A stretch of DNA of 64,000 bases from an uncultured Lewinella sp. GTDB lineage: Bacteria; Bacteroidota; Bacteroidia; Chitinophagales; Saprospiraceae. This document shows positions 45,409 to 56,016 of the stretch, piece after piece. A model generated the notes under the pieces. The model made no database searches, was not told where the DNA came from, and saw only the letters and a program-made list of their open reading frames with translations. The stretch is taken from positions 156 through 64,155 of the forward strand of contig CAZTTF010000117.1 of NCBI GenBank assembly GCA_964616365.1. Reading direction: 5' to 3'. Every line of letters begins with the position of its first letter. Positions within the stretch are counted from its first letter, which is position 1. The translations under genes were made by a program, and so were the position numbers.

Positions 45409-48165
45409 ATGTCCAGATTACTCTTAATCATCTTAGCTATATTACTCTTATTTGGCGGACTGAGCGCTCAGAACCAAGGGTTTGATAGTTACATCGCAGC
45501 TGGGGACACCGCTGTGGCTAAAAGGAACTTTTATAACGGTTACAAATACTACTCAATCGCCAGCGAGGATGGCTGGTCAGAGTCCAAAAATTACGAAGCA
45601 CGTATTGCAGAGGTATTGTATAAGGCAGGATTATCTGCTTACCATGCCACGGCCTATGTGCCAGCTGAACAGTACTTCCTGAAGTTACTAGCTCGTCCTG
45701 ATGGTGATAAATACGAGCTAGCAAGATTTTATCTTGCACAATCTACTTTCCGCCAGGGGCGCTATGATCAGGCAGTAGTGCATTACGAGGACTTCCTGGA
45801 GAACTCCCCAAGTGCTCCCATCATCTTCCGTAAGCGCGCGGAAACGCAGATCAGTGATGCTGATCAGGCCATTATTAGAATGTCTCGCGGTACCGAAGCA
45901 CAAATGATGCATTTACCCAATGGTATCAATACGGAGGATTCAGATTTTATGTATGTCCATGGACCGAAAGGTACACGTTTCTACTCCTCTAACAATTTCA
46001 AGTTTAAGGGGGATAAACTGATTTCTAAAAGATTGCTCTCCCGGATCATGAAAAGAACGGGAGAGGCTAGTGGAGAACCTCTTCCTAAAACCATCAATAT
46101 TCCCAATAAAAACGTTAGTCATACTTCCTTTAATACGGATATGAGTAAAGTGTATTACTCTGTTTGTGAGTGGGTAGCTTATGATGAACTGCGTTGTGAT
46201 CTTTACGTAGCGGATGTAGATAAAGATGCCAACTGGACCAACCCGGTAAAACTTCCCATCAATCAGGAAGGGTTTTCCACGACGATGCCAAGCTTTGGTC
46301 ACTCACAGGCGGATGGAAAAGACTATCTATATTTTTCCTCTAACCGCCCCGGGACCATAGGCGAGTTCGACCTCTATCGGGCGGAGGTTCAATCGAATAA
46401 TACATTTGGTGAAATAGAGCCACTGACAAATATCAACACCGTCGGGAACGACGTTGCACCCTTCTGGTACAATAAACTTCAGACGCTTTATTTCGCTACT
46501 GATGGACGATTTTCTTTTGGTGGACTCGACATCTATAAGTCGTTCAATATCAAAGGAGAATTTAAGGATCCGGTCAACATTGGTTTGCCAGTAAACAGTT
46601 CCGCAGACGATGCTTATTACACCAGATTTGATGACCCGGGAAGAGGATATGTTGCAAGTCGTAATGCTACCAGTGACGCTCTTTATTACACAGAAGAGCG
46701 AGACGTTTGTTGTTACGATATTTATGAGTTCGAACCTGATCCCCGGGTAGCTCTTCGTGCGCTTACCATTAATGGACTTACCGACGAAGAATTGATCGGA
46801 GCAACGGTGAAACTGTGTAAGATCACGCCCAACGGGCCGGTTGAAGTAGATGAAATCACTAACCTTGACGGCAATAACTTTGACTTTCAGGTAGAACCAG
46901 GTGAAATGTACCAGCTAAAGGCGACTTTAGATGGTTTTACCAGCGTAATCGACGAGTTTGACCTCTCAGAAGAACAATATGAAGATGTTCCTTACGTCGA
47001 GCGTATCCTGCCTATGGTTCCCGCAGTTAAGCTGGACGTCTACACCTTCAATAATATTGACGGACAAAGCCTTCCTGGAGCCCCGGTTACGATTTACGAG
47101 GTAACTGAATCCGGGGAACTCGTTAAAGTAGCTGAAAAGATTAACCCACTAGCTAATGACACGCATTTTGAACTGGAAATAGGCAAGAAGTACAAAGTTG
47201 TTGGCAAAAAGCCTGGTTTCGGTGAAGATTACGAAATAGTCGATCTTACTGACTATGACCCTAATGAAGGTTCAGGTACCATGCGCGTTGACCTTAGCCT
47301 GGGGCAACTGCTCGATGTCTATGTCATTGATGCTAAAACTGAGCTACCGCTCAGTTCGGCTACAGTCGCGCTGACAATTATGGAAATTTCCAAGACTGAG
47401 TCTTCCACAAATACTTCAGGGAACGATTTCCATTATGTCGTTAACCTGGATCAGGAGTTCAAAATTGAGGTGACCAGAAACGGTTACTTCCCCCGTGACG
47501 TCACTCTTCGGTTCTCAGAAGAGGACGTAGAACGTTTTGATGGCCGCCTGGCAGTTACCATCCCTATGGTAAACGATGATATCAATGCATTCCTTGATTT
47601 CCGTGTCTACTTCGATAACGATCACCCTGATCCGGACGCCTATCGTTCTACTACGAATAAGTCTTACGATGAAACTTTTGGCCCTTACCTGGAGCGGAGA
47701 GATACTTTCGTTGCTCGGATAGCGCGAGGGATGGAAGCTGAAGAAGGTTTCTTACTGAGTCAGGAGGTAAGTGAGTTTTTTGACGAGCAGGTAATCGCTG
47801 GATATGACGACTTGCTCAAGTTGGCCGATGCACTTGTAGTGCATATGGAAAACGGACGTACATACCAGATCAACATGGTTGGTTTTGCCAGCCCCAGAGC
47901 CCCGGATTATTACAACATGTTACTTAGTGGACGTAGGAATGCCTGCCTCAGAAACTTCTTTGAAAGGTATGAAGAAGGCGCCCTGTCGGAGTACATGGAC
48001 AGCGAACAGCTATCATTTACCTCTGAAAGAAGGGGAGAAGAAAAAGACCTCGGTCGAATCTATGAGTTGATCGAAGAGGAGCGTGTTTCGATATTTAGCG
48101 TTGAGGCTTCCCTTGAGCGTCGGGTTGAATTCCCGAAGATTTTCAATAATAATTCAAGAAAATAA
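45409..48165 (+). CDS. OmpA-family protein with TPR, TolB-like beta-propeller and CarboxypepD_reg-like domains
   Basis: 918 aa. Signal peptide. PD40-like YFSSNRPGTIGEFDLYRAEV. Repeated ~80-aa beta-sandwich modules. C-terminal OmpA-like MVGFASPRAPDYYNMLLSGRRNACLRNFF. Confidence 0.7.
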   Translation: MSRLLLIILAILLLFGGLSAQNQGFDSYIAAGDTAVAKRNFYNGYKYYSIASEDGWSESKNYEARIAEVLYKAGLSAYHATAYVPAEQYFLKLLARPDGDKYELARFYLAQSTFRQGRYDQAVVHYEDFLENSPSAPIIFRKRAETQISDADQAIIRMSRGTEAQMMHLPNGINTEDSDFMYVHGPKGTRFYSSNNFKFKGDKLISKRLLSRIMKRTGEASGEPLPKTINIPNKNVSHTSFNTDMSKVYYSVCEWVAYDELRCDLYVADVDKDANWTNPVKLPINQEGFSTTMPSFGHSQADGKDYLYFSSNRPGTIGEFDLYRAEVQSNNTFGEIEPLTNINTVGNDVAPFWYNKLQTLYFATDGRFSFGGLDIYKSFNIKGEFKDPVNIGLPVNSSADDAYYTRFDDPGRGYVASRNATSDALYYTEERDVCCYDIYEFEPDPRVALRALTINGLTDEELIGATVKLCKITPNGPVEVDEITNLDGNNFDFQVEPGEMYQLKATLDGFTSVIDEFDLSEEQYEDVPYVERILPMVPAVKLDVYTFNNIDGQSLPGAPVTIYEVTESGELVKVAEKINPLANDTHFELEIGKKYKVVGKKPGFGEDYEIVDLTDYDPNEGSGTMRVDLSLGQLLDVYVIDAKTELPLSSATVALTIMEISKTESSTNTSGNDFHYVVNLDQEFKIEVTRNGYFPRDVTLRFSEEDVERFDGRLAVTIPMVNDDINAFLDFRVYFDNDHPDPDAYRSTTNKSYDETFGPYLERRDTFVARIARGMEAEEGFLLSQEVSEFFDEQVIAGYDDLLKLADALVVHMENGRTYQINMVGFASPRAPDYYNMLLSGRRNACLRNFFERYEEGALSEYMDSEQLSFTSERRGEEKDLGRIYELIEEERVSIFSVEASLERRVEFPKIFNNNSRK

Positions 48166-48224
48166 TTACGCCTTAGCGTATTTAACTAAAGCATTTTATC
48201 GTGAAACCAATGCTGACACTTACA

Positions 48225-51200
48225 ATGAAACACCTTGGACGTATACTAGGATTATTCCTGGTGGCACTCTGTGTTTTTCCTTCTTCTGTAGTAGCGACCG
48301 GTATTCAGGACGTAGCCCCAACAGCTGCTGATGCACCAGTTATGTTGGAAGCCGGCCGCCCTGGATTTGGCATTTTTGCCGAGTTTAATGGCCCCGAGGA
48401 TGGACGCCTCGTCGTTTCCATCGGTGATGCTTCAGAAGTACTTTATATTGGCCTGGCGCCAGAATACCGGGACAACGGGAGCCCTTTTAGCAGTGATAAC
48501 TTCTCACGTTATCGCTTTCAGATTCGTCAAATCACCTCTGATGGGACCAACCCGGTCGTTCACGGCCCCTTTACGATTGATAACGACAATGCTAACGTAA
48601 ACAGCTATGCTGAAGCAGCTTTTGGCGTGTATGAACTTGGGGAGACTCAGTTTGGAGATTCAATCTACGTTTTCCGGCCAGATGCTGCAGGAGAGTACTC
48701 TATTGAATTTGATGAATTCACTAATGATGGTAGCGCAAGGGTGACTATTCCTTTCTGGGATTTTACGGTTGTTCGTAACGGTTCACCGGTGGAAGGCCGC
48801 CTATGGTCACGGGGCTGGGCTTTTCGGACTCCGCAGGTAGATGGCTCAATCCAGCCAGATTGTGTTTGGGACCGTGAATTCAACGGCAACCTGTATAGCT
48901 ATACCGATGACGGGTTTGTATCCAGAATTAACTTTGTTAACTCGGGGCTGCAAGGCCTGTCGTTCAATATGGCATTTAACGAGAGAGGACCAGGGCAGAG
49001 TGGCGATATTGCTGCTGACAGGCAATCAATACCTGATGCGAACGGTACGGATGATGCAGCGCAACATCGAATCTTCCTTGATCTACCAGACATTAATCTA
49101 TTCCCTGATGGGGTATGTGGAGAAATCGACGCAGCACAAACTTTTACTTGTGATGGCGCTGCACCTTACTGTCTCGATGTGGCTGTGACTCGTCCTGGGC
49201 AGGTTAACATCATCCTCGATTTCAATGGGAATGGCGTTCTCGATGACAATAGCGAAGACGTCGCACTTGTGTATGATTTTGCCCCAGATGAACTTTCGAC
49301 TTGTGTCCCTTGGGACGGGCTTCGTGGAGATAGTACAGTCGCGGATTTTACTGATACTGTGGACATCATCATTACTTACTCTCAAGGTATTCAGCACTGG
49401 TCAGCATTTGATGTAGAATTCATGCGAAATGGTTTCTGTGTTGAAACCATCCGGCCAATTTGTCCGGGAACCATCTCGAGTGATATACTTTACTGGGACG
49501 ATCGTAATATCACTGAGGACCCAGGAACCGGATCCCCTAAGGATAACCGCAGCGGCAGTACTTGTCTTTTGACACCTCGTACCTGGGACTTCTTCGAGTT
49601 GAACAGTCCACAGTGTGATGACTTCGACGATGCCCTTACGAACGGTTACGGTGATAAGAATACGCTTAACACGTGGTGGTTCGCAAACAGTAGGTCTGAA
49701 TTCAGAGCTCGAGTTCCGGTGGTTTCTGCCAACATTACTGGTAGGACTGATTTCTGTTCTGGTGATGTATCCACGCTCGTTGCCTCTGATCCGGTTGCAA
49801 CCGGTCCGCTGACCTACCTATGGTCGGGCCCTGGAGTTGACGGCATGACCAATGATTCCATTGATGTTTCAGTAACCGGGCAGTACTGTGTAGTGGTGAG
49901 CGACGAGCTTGGTTGCTCAAACCAAACCTGTGTTGATGTGACGGTATTCGAGTTTGATTCTGATCAATTTCCTCCTGGCCTCTCGATCTGTTTTGGTGAC
50001 TCTATTCAAATGCCGGTTGCAGGTGATCCTACATTCACTTACGTCTGGACTCCGTCAATTGGTATTAGCTCAACTACATCAAACCAACCAACTTTTAGTC
50101 CGCAAGTAACAACAACTTATATTGCTACCATCAGTGGGGCATCCACTACGGGAGAGATATGTGAAATAACGGAAGAAATCACCATTGAGGTTGCTCCAGA
50201 AATAGGCCTTCAGGTCTTCGGTGGAGGCCCTATCTGCGACGAAACAACAACCATCATTGCTACAACGGTGAACCCAGCTACTGTTGAACTATTTGGCCCT
50301 GACGGTACGCTTATTGGCACCGGTAATGAATTTACCGTTCCGGTTAGTGGAGAGACAGATTATAGCCTGATTGCAACTAACACCCAGGGCTGTGTGGACT
50401 CAGCAAGCTTTACCGTTAGTGGCGGACCAGTAAATATTGAGGTGCCAGACTCAGTACTTACTTGTGTAAGTGATGGCGTGATGCTGGGGGTTACGAACCT
50501 TGACCCTAATGATATGCTCACTTACACGTGGTCTCCGGCAAACCTTTTCAGTCCTGCTTCCGTCAATACCGCAAACCCTGTGTTTGTCGGAGAACAAGGA
50601 GATTATACTGTTTCCGTTGTGGTGGAAAACCAGTACGGTTGTAGCGTTGAAGAGCAAGTTCAACTAATCGTTATTGACGATAACACAACGCTCTCCTTTG
50701 AGCCGGTTATTGATTGTGATGGTAGGACTGTAACCTTTGACAATACCAGTTCCGTAACCTTTGGTTATGTATACGACTTTGGGGATGGAACAATGAGTAA
50801 TGATGCTTCCCCGACCCACGTTTACCAGACTGCAGGAACCTTTACAGTGACTTTGGATCTTATCTATGATCAGGATTGTGTCGCTAGCTTTAGCCGCGAG
50901 GTTACCACCTTCGAAACACTAGTTGAAGCTGACTTCTCTATCGACTTCGGCAATTGTGATAATGGTAGTGCAACACTTCAATTTTTCGATCAGTCTGTGA
51001 ACCAGACAGGAGAACCATTGAACTACGCATGGACTTTCACCGGAGCCTCTCCGGCAAGCTCCTCGCTGGCAAATCCTATCGTTACTGTTGGTAACTCGGG
51101 CACGGTCACGGCCACGCTTATGGTGACTACAGTGGATGATTGTCCTTCTTCTTTGGATACGACAGTCACGGTTAATTTAGCAGTCGTTAACCTTCAGGAT

Positions 51201-54200
51201 GAGATTATCATCTGCCCGGGAGAGACAACACCATTAAATCCCGGTGGTAATCCGGATCTGATTTATAGCTGGTCACCAGCGCCTGATTTTGACGCAGATG
51301 CAGTTAACCCAGTTACTGGAACAGCTGGTACTTACATCGTAACGGTTACTAGTAATACTGCAGACTTCAACTGTGAAACTACAGACACAGTTACGGTTAT
51401 CATTCCTGATGATATTGGACTTGTAGTAAGTGGTCCCGATGGGCCAATCGATGATGATCCATTCTTACTCTCGCAGCTCCAAACTTGTGGAAATGCAATA
51501 GACTTGAGCATCGACCTTATGGTTAATGATGGTGTGACCGTTACCTACACCAGTACCGACGGAACGGTACTAGGCACAGGAAGTACTTTCTCCCTCAATC
51601 CTGATTCCAGAGATACCGTAATCATTACGGCGGTCAATGAATTCGGGTGTATTGAAAGCGATACGGTGGCGGTAATCAACCGCCAGGTTGATGCAGGCAT
51701 TGATATCGGTGCCGACGGCATCACCCTTTGTTCTGATGTAGATACTACGCTCAGCGTAGTTAACTTCGACCTTAGAGATACGCTTAGCTACCAGTGGGAG
51801 CCCAATGCGATTATCAACGGTCCTCTGGATGGGCCTACTGTAAGCATTACCAGCCCACTAGATGGAATCATCGACTTAATGGTTACGGTGACTAACCAGT
51901 TCGACTGTGATACCATGATCACAGTTCCAGTAATAGTGATACCTTTTACGCCTAACGACTATCCAGACGTTATCGAACCATGTTTTAGAGAACCATTCAC
52001 TATTGTAGGAGGTCCTGCACTTGATGGTTACACTTACGTATGGACGCCTAACGGTGACCTCGATTTAACGGATCCGGCAAATCCGGTGGGAACTTTTACC
52101 GAGGATGGTTCACTTGAGGTTGTCATCACTGATGAGACGACTGGCTGTACAATTACCAGGACGATCATCGTCGATACTGCTCCTGAGATCAGCTTTAGCG
52201 TTGATCCCGTTGAAACTGACATTTGTGGTACTGGGGTGGTTACAGTCACGGGGACTTCTGTGAATAGCAATGTAGTCATCACGTGGTACAACGATCCCGG
52301 ATTAACCGATGTCGCAGGTGTCGGTGCTACCATTGATATCAACGCTGATGTGATGGGCCAAACCTTCACCATCTTCGGCCAGGCACTGGATCCTTCAACC
52401 GGTTGTTCGCAGGTTGTTTCTGCTTCGGTAAATGCATTGGTATTCACGCCAAATATGTACCCTGAAGTTGTGACTCCATGTTTCGGAGACCCAATTACAA
52501 TTGAGGGCGGTGACGCAGTCGCTGGTTACACTTATGAGTGGACGCCTAACGGAGATTTAGATTTAACGGACCCCGCCAACCCGGTTGGCGTCTTTACCGA
52601 AGACGTGGAGCTTGTAGTGGTCATTACCGATCCAGTTACGGGCTGTTCCGTAAATGATACGGTATTCGTTGATACTGCCCCGGAAATCAGCTTTAGTGTG
52701 GAGCCTGAGCAAACAGACATCTGTGGTACTGGTGTAGTAACGGTCACCGGTTCATCCGTAAACGACAATATTGTTATCACTTGGTACAATGATGCTGCAC
52801 TTACTGATGTAGCTGGTGTTGGTCCGACGTTTGATATTGACGCGAATGCCATGGGACAAACCTTTACCATATTCGGACAGGCGGTAGATCCAACTACCGG
52901 ATGTGCGCAGGTTGTTTCAGCTTCCGTTAATACCCTGATTTTTACACCAAATATGTATCCTGAGGTTGTAACACCTTGTTACGGCGAACCGATTACCATC
53001 GTAGGAGGGGCTACTGTTGCCGGTTACACTTACGAGTGGACACCCAATGGTGATCTTGATCTTTCTGACCCGGCAAACCCCATCGGTGTATTTACCGAGG
53101 ATGTTGAATTAGTTGTGGTAATCACAGACCCGGTTACGGGTTGTACCGTAAACGACACTGTATTCGTTGACACCGCTCCGGAAATCAGCTTCAATGTTGA
53201 CCCTGCAGAAACGAACATCTGTGGAACAGATGTAATCACCGTAACGGGCACTTCAGTAAATGATAATGTTGTCATTACCTGGTACAGTGATGAAGACTTG
53301 ACCAATGCAGTTGGCACAGGCCCAACCTTCGATATTGACGCCAATGTGATGGGATCTACCTTCACCGTATACGGTGAGGCCCTTGACCCTGCAACGGGTT
53401 GTTCTCAGGTTCTGCCTGCTATGGTCAATACAATCATCTTCATGCCAAATGATTTCCCAGATACGGTGACACCGTGTTTTGGAGAGCAATTCACGATTGT
53501 TGGCGGAGATGCAGTAGCTGGCTACACCTACGACTGGATGCCCAGCGATGGATTAGACCTTTCCGATCCCGCTAACCCCGTTGGTGTGTTTACGGAAGAT
53601 GTAGAGCTGGTAGTTACCATTACTGATCCACTAACGAATTGTTCTATTAACGATACCATCTTTGTGGACACCGCTCCTGAGATAGCCTTTACGGTTGATC
53701 CCCCACTGACAAACATTTGTGGTACGGGTATAGTGAATGTTGATGGTGCTTCTCCCAACGAAGACGTCGTGATCACCTGGTATAATGACCCTGAGTTAAC
53801 GGATGTGGCAGGTACCGGACCACGCTTCACCATTTTCGCTGATGTTATGGGGCAAACTTATACCATTTACGGTGAGGCGGTTGATACCATCACGGGCTGT
53901 TCTCAATCGCTACCCGCATCGGTAGTAACCACCGAATTTACGCCAAACCAGTACGAAGATGTTGTGACGCCTTGTTTTGCGGAAGCCTTCACGCTTGTTG
54001 GAGGGGATATCATTGATGGGTACACCTATACTTGGAACCCAAGTGACAACCTCGATTTGACTGATCCGGCAAACCCCGTCGGCATATTTACGGAGGACAC
54101 TGATATTTCCGTAACCATCACTGATCCTGAAACGGGATGTACTGAAACGCAGAATATTTCGGTGCAAGTACTCCCCGAAATCAGTTTCATGGCGAGCTCC

Positions 54201-55217
54201 GTGGATACTACGCTATGTGAACCAGGAATGGTTACCATTACCGGTTCTTCCGTTAATGAAGCCGTTGAGATCGTATGGTATGATGATCAGGAATTGACTA
54301 ATGAAATTGGTCAGGGACCTGTTTACATCATCGACGCTGCCGAACCAGGCCAGGGCTATGTGATTTACGGAGTAGCCACTGATACTAATACTGAGTGTCA
54401 GCAGGTGCTTCCGATCAAAGTAACGGTATCGGAACTTACCCTTGGCCTACCGCTCGATTCAATCGCAGCTTGTGCCGGCGAAACACCACCAATTTTTGGT
54501 GAGTTGGGTGCCTCCGGTAACCTGGAATACACCTTCACACCGGCTGATCTTGTCGATGACTCCGATCCGTTAAACCCAATATTTATCGGTAGTGCTTCTG
54601 CTGAAATTGTCGTAAACGTTTTTGACCCGGCAACAGAGTGTAGCGCAGAGAATACGGTTGTCGTTGATATTACGGACTTGACGATGCTGCAAGGTTTTGC
54701 CAACCCCACTGAAATCTTTGTTGGAGATCAGTCTGAGCTTACCGTCACCGGTTGTGATGGTTGTGAATATGAGTGGTTCCCACAGGACGGTACCGTTAGT
54801 CCAACCACTGGTTCAACGGTCATTGCTACGCCCACCGAGCCCGGCGATTACGTTTATGAGGTTGATGTAACCCAAAATGGCTGTCTCGAAACGGTACTGA
54901 TCGAGCTAAGGGTAGAAGATCCGATTTGTGATACCGATCGAATCTTTGTGCCTAACGCGTTCACACCAAACGGTGACAACATGAACGACGTCCTTCGGGT
55001 GAGGTCAAACTTTGCTGAGCTTCTGACGGAATTCCGCTTCATTATCTACAACCGGTGGGGCCAGGAAGTATTCAGTAGCGATGATATCAATAATGGCTGG
55101 GACGGAACAGCAGAAGGTGATGACCTCGAACCTGACGTCTACGGTTACTGGCTAAGAGTCCGGTGTCCTTCCGGAGAAGAATTGATTCAACGCGGAAACG
55201 TTACGATTCAACGATAA
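48225..55217 (+). CDS. Giant cell-surface adhesin-like protein with T9SS type-B sorting domain (gliding motility-associated C-terminal domain)
   Basis: About 2,330 aa. Signal peptide MKHLGRILGLFLVALCVFPSSVVA. PKD-like module (YDFGDGT...THVY). Many Ig-like Cys-containing modules. C-terminus FVPNAFTPNGDNMNDVL...IYNRWGQEVF...GWDG...YGYWL is the type-B CTD signature. The track start (GTG 48201) is also possible. Confidence 0.9.
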   Translation: MKHLGRILGLFLVALCVFPSSVVATGIQDVAPTAADAPVMLEAGRPGFGIFAEFNGPEDGRLVVSIGDASEVLYIGLAPEYRDNGSPFSSDNFSRYRFQIRQITSDGTNPVVHGPFTIDNDNANVNSYAEAAFGVYELGETQFGDSIYVFRPDAAGEYSIEFDEFTNDGSARVTIPFWDFTVVRNGSPVEGRLWSRGWAFRTPQVDGSIQPDCVWDREFNGNLYSYTDDGFVSRINFVNSGLQGLSFNMAFNERGPGQSGDIAADRQSIPDANGTDDAAQHRIFLDLPDINLFPDGVCGEIDAAQTFTCDGAAPYCLDVAVTRPGQVNIILDFNGNGVLDDNSEDVALVYDFAPDELSTCVPWDGLRGDSTVADFTDTVDIIITYSQGIQHWSAFDVEFMRNGFCVETIRPICPGTISSDILYWDDRNITEDPGTGSPKDNRSGSTCLLTPRTWDFFELNSPQCDDFDDALTNGYGDKNTLNTWWFANSRSEFRARVPVVSANITGRTDFCSGDVSTLVASDPVATGPLTYLWSGPGVDGMTNDSIDVSVTGQYCVVVSDELGCSNQTCVDVTVFEFDSDQFPPGLSICFGDSIQMPVAGDPTFTYVWTPSIGISSTTSNQPTFSPQVTTTYIATISGASTTGEICEITEEITIEVAPEIGLQVFGGGPICDETTTIIATTVNPATVELFGPDGTLIGTGNEFTVPVSGETDYSLIATNTQGCVDSASFTVSGGPVNIEVPDSVLTCVSDGVMLGVTNLDPNDMLTYTWSPANLFSPASVNTANPVFVGEQGDYTVSVVVENQYGCSVEEQVQLIVIDDNTTLSFEPVIDCDGRTVTFDNTSSVTFGYVYDFGDGTMSNDASPTHVYQTAGTFTVTLDLIYDQDCVASFSREVTTFETLVEADFSIDFGNCDNGSATLQFFDQSVNQTGEPLNYAWTFTGASPASSSLANPIVTVGNSGTVTATLMVTTVDDCPSSLDTTVTVNLAVVNLQDEIIICPGETTPLNPGGNPDLIYSWSPAPDFDADAVNPVTGTAGTYIVTVTSNTADFNCETTDTVTVIIPDDIGLVVSGPDGPIDDDPFLLSQLQTCGNAIDLSIDLMVNDGVTVTYTSTDGTVLGTGSTFSLNPDSRDTVIITAVNEFGCIESDTVAVINRQVDAGIDIGADGITLCSDVDTTLSVVNFDLRDTLSYQWEPNAIINGPLDGPTVSITSPLDGIIDLMVTVTNQFDCDTMITVPVIVIPFTPNDYPDVIEPCFREPFTIVGGPALDGYTYVWTPNGDLDLTDPANPVGTFTEDGSLEVVITDETTGCTITRTIIVDTAPEISFSVDPVETDICGTGVVTVTGTSVNSNVVITWYNDPGLTDVAGVGATIDINADVMGQTFTIFGQALDPSTGCSQVVSASVNALVFTPNMYPEVVTPCFGDPITIEGGDAVAGYTYEWTPNGDLDLTDPANPVGVFTEDVELVVVITDPVTGCSVNDTVFVDTAPEISFSVEPEQTDICGTGVVTVTGSSVNDNIVITWYNDAALTDVAGVGPTFDIDANAMGQTFTIFGQAVDPTTGCAQVVSASVNTLIFTPNMYPEVVTPCYGEPITIVGGATVAGYTYEWTPNGDLDLSDPANPIGVFTEDVELVVVITDPVTGCTVNDTVFVDTAPEISFNVDPAETNICGTDVITVTGTSVNDNVVITWYSDEDLTNAVGTGPTFDIDANVMGSTFTVYGEALDPATGCSQVLPAMVNTIIFMPNDFPDTVTPCFGEQFTIVGGDAVAGYTYDWMPSDGLDLSDPANPVGVFTEDVELVVTITDPLTNCSINDTIFVDTAPEIAFTVDPPLTNICGTGIVNVDGASPNEDVVITWYNDPELTDVAGTGPRFTIFADVMGQTYTIYGEAVDTITGCSQSLPASVVTTEFTPNQYEDVVTPCFAEAFTLVGGDIIDGYTYTWNPSDNLDLTDPANPVGIFTEDTDISVTITDPETGCTETQNISVQVLPEISFMASSVDTTLCEPGMVTITGSSVNEAVEIVWYDDQELTNEIGQGPVYIIDAAEPGQGYVIYGVATDTNTECQQVLPIKVTVSELTLGLPLDSIAACAGETPPIFGELGASGNLEYTFTPADLVDDSDPLNPIFIGSASAEIVVNVFDPATECSAENTVVVDITDLTMLQGFANPTEIFVGDQSELTVTGCDGCEYEWFPQDGTVSPTTGSTVIATPTEPGDYVYEVDVTQNGCLETVLIELRVEDPICDTDRIFVPNAFTPNGDNMNDVLRVRSNFAELLTEFRFIIYNRWGQEVFSSDDINNGWDGTAEGDDLEPDVYGYWLRVRCPSGEELIQRGNVTIQR
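51944..54433 (+). repeat. Five tandem 498-bp (166-aa) coding repeats inside the giant adhesin gene
   Basis: Units start with FTPN(D/M/Q)YP(D/E)V(I/V)xPCF at about 51944, 52442, 52940, 53438 and 53936. A periodic ladder of antisense shadow ORFs in the track shows the same spacing. Confidence 0.9.
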
Positions 55218-55235
55218 TCGCTACCGGTTGACTAC

Positions 55236-55276
55236 AAAAAAGGCTGTTACTCGTCAGAGTAACAGCCTTTTTCTTT
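55236..55276 (+). terminator. Rho-independent terminator after the giant adhesin gene
   Basis: aggctgttactc-gtca-gagtaacagcct followed by ttttctttg. Confidence 0.85.
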
Positions 55277-55391
55277 GCCGCGGTTGTACCGGTTTGCTGG
55301 ATAGGATAGACCTTGGGCCGAATTCTATTAGCAGGTGATCGAGTGATACACTATTGGCCGGTATGCAGTAATACCCGCGCCGGGCTATGCA

Positions 55392-55970
55392 TTACTCTCC
55401 GTAGGTTTCTCTTGAAAGTCCGAAGCGAACAAGGTCAACCAGCATCCCACCCGGTTTTCTGAACTCATTCCGCAGATCTCCTTCCCGGCTAAAGCCAACC
55501 TTACGCACTACGCGCTGGCTGCCAAAGTTATCGGACAGGGTCTTGAGATAGATCTTTTCGAGTTCTAATTGCTTGAATCCAAAGCGGACTACCCGAGCGA
55601 GTACCTCGGTCATGATACCGTTTTCTTCGAGGGATTTGTCCAGGAAAAAGCTGATCTCAGCTTTAGGTACTCCCCAGTCGATTTCGAAGAAATGGACAAA
55701 GCCAATCAGTTCAGTTGTCTCATTACTCCAGATGCCGAAGGCGAAATCGTATTGCAACAACCAGTTGGCAATACGTTCGCGAATGAAAACTTCAGCAGCA
55801 TGCTTATCTTCGGTTACCTCGGCAATCAGGATAGGGAAGTGGTCCATCAGATTGTCACGATTACGATCCACCAACTCGAAAAATGCCTTTCCGTCATTTT
55901 CACGGAACCTTCGGACTACACACCGCTGTGTTAGCAGAGCAGTATCGATATTGAATAGTTTCGCAAGCAT
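55392..55970 (-). CDS. GNAT-family N-acetyltransferase (RimJ/RimL-like)
   Basis: 192 aa. GNAT fold motifs including SQRVVRKVGFSREG. Confidence 0.75.
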   Translation of the reverse strand: MLAKLFNIDTALLTQRCVVRRFRENDGKAFFELVDRNRDNLMDHFPILIAEVTEDKHAAEVFIRERIANWLLQYDFAFGIWSNETTELIGFVHFFEIDWGVPKAEISFFLDKSLEENGIMTEVLARVVRFGFKQLELEKIYLKTLSDNFGSQRVVRKVGFSREGDLRNEFRKPGGMLVDLVRFGLSRETYGE

Positions 55971-56016
55971 AGCATAGTAGATTATAGGACAATCAGGGAA
56001 GGAAGGTGTAGCTCTG

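Noticed and set aside
52034-54238. Periodic series of 70-137-aa minus-strand ORFs at ~498-bp spacing
   Set aside because: They are an artefact of the tandem coding repeats in the giant adhesin gene. Their periodicity mirrors the repeat rather than independent genes. This is not a CRISPR array, because there are no unique spacers and the region is in-frame coding.
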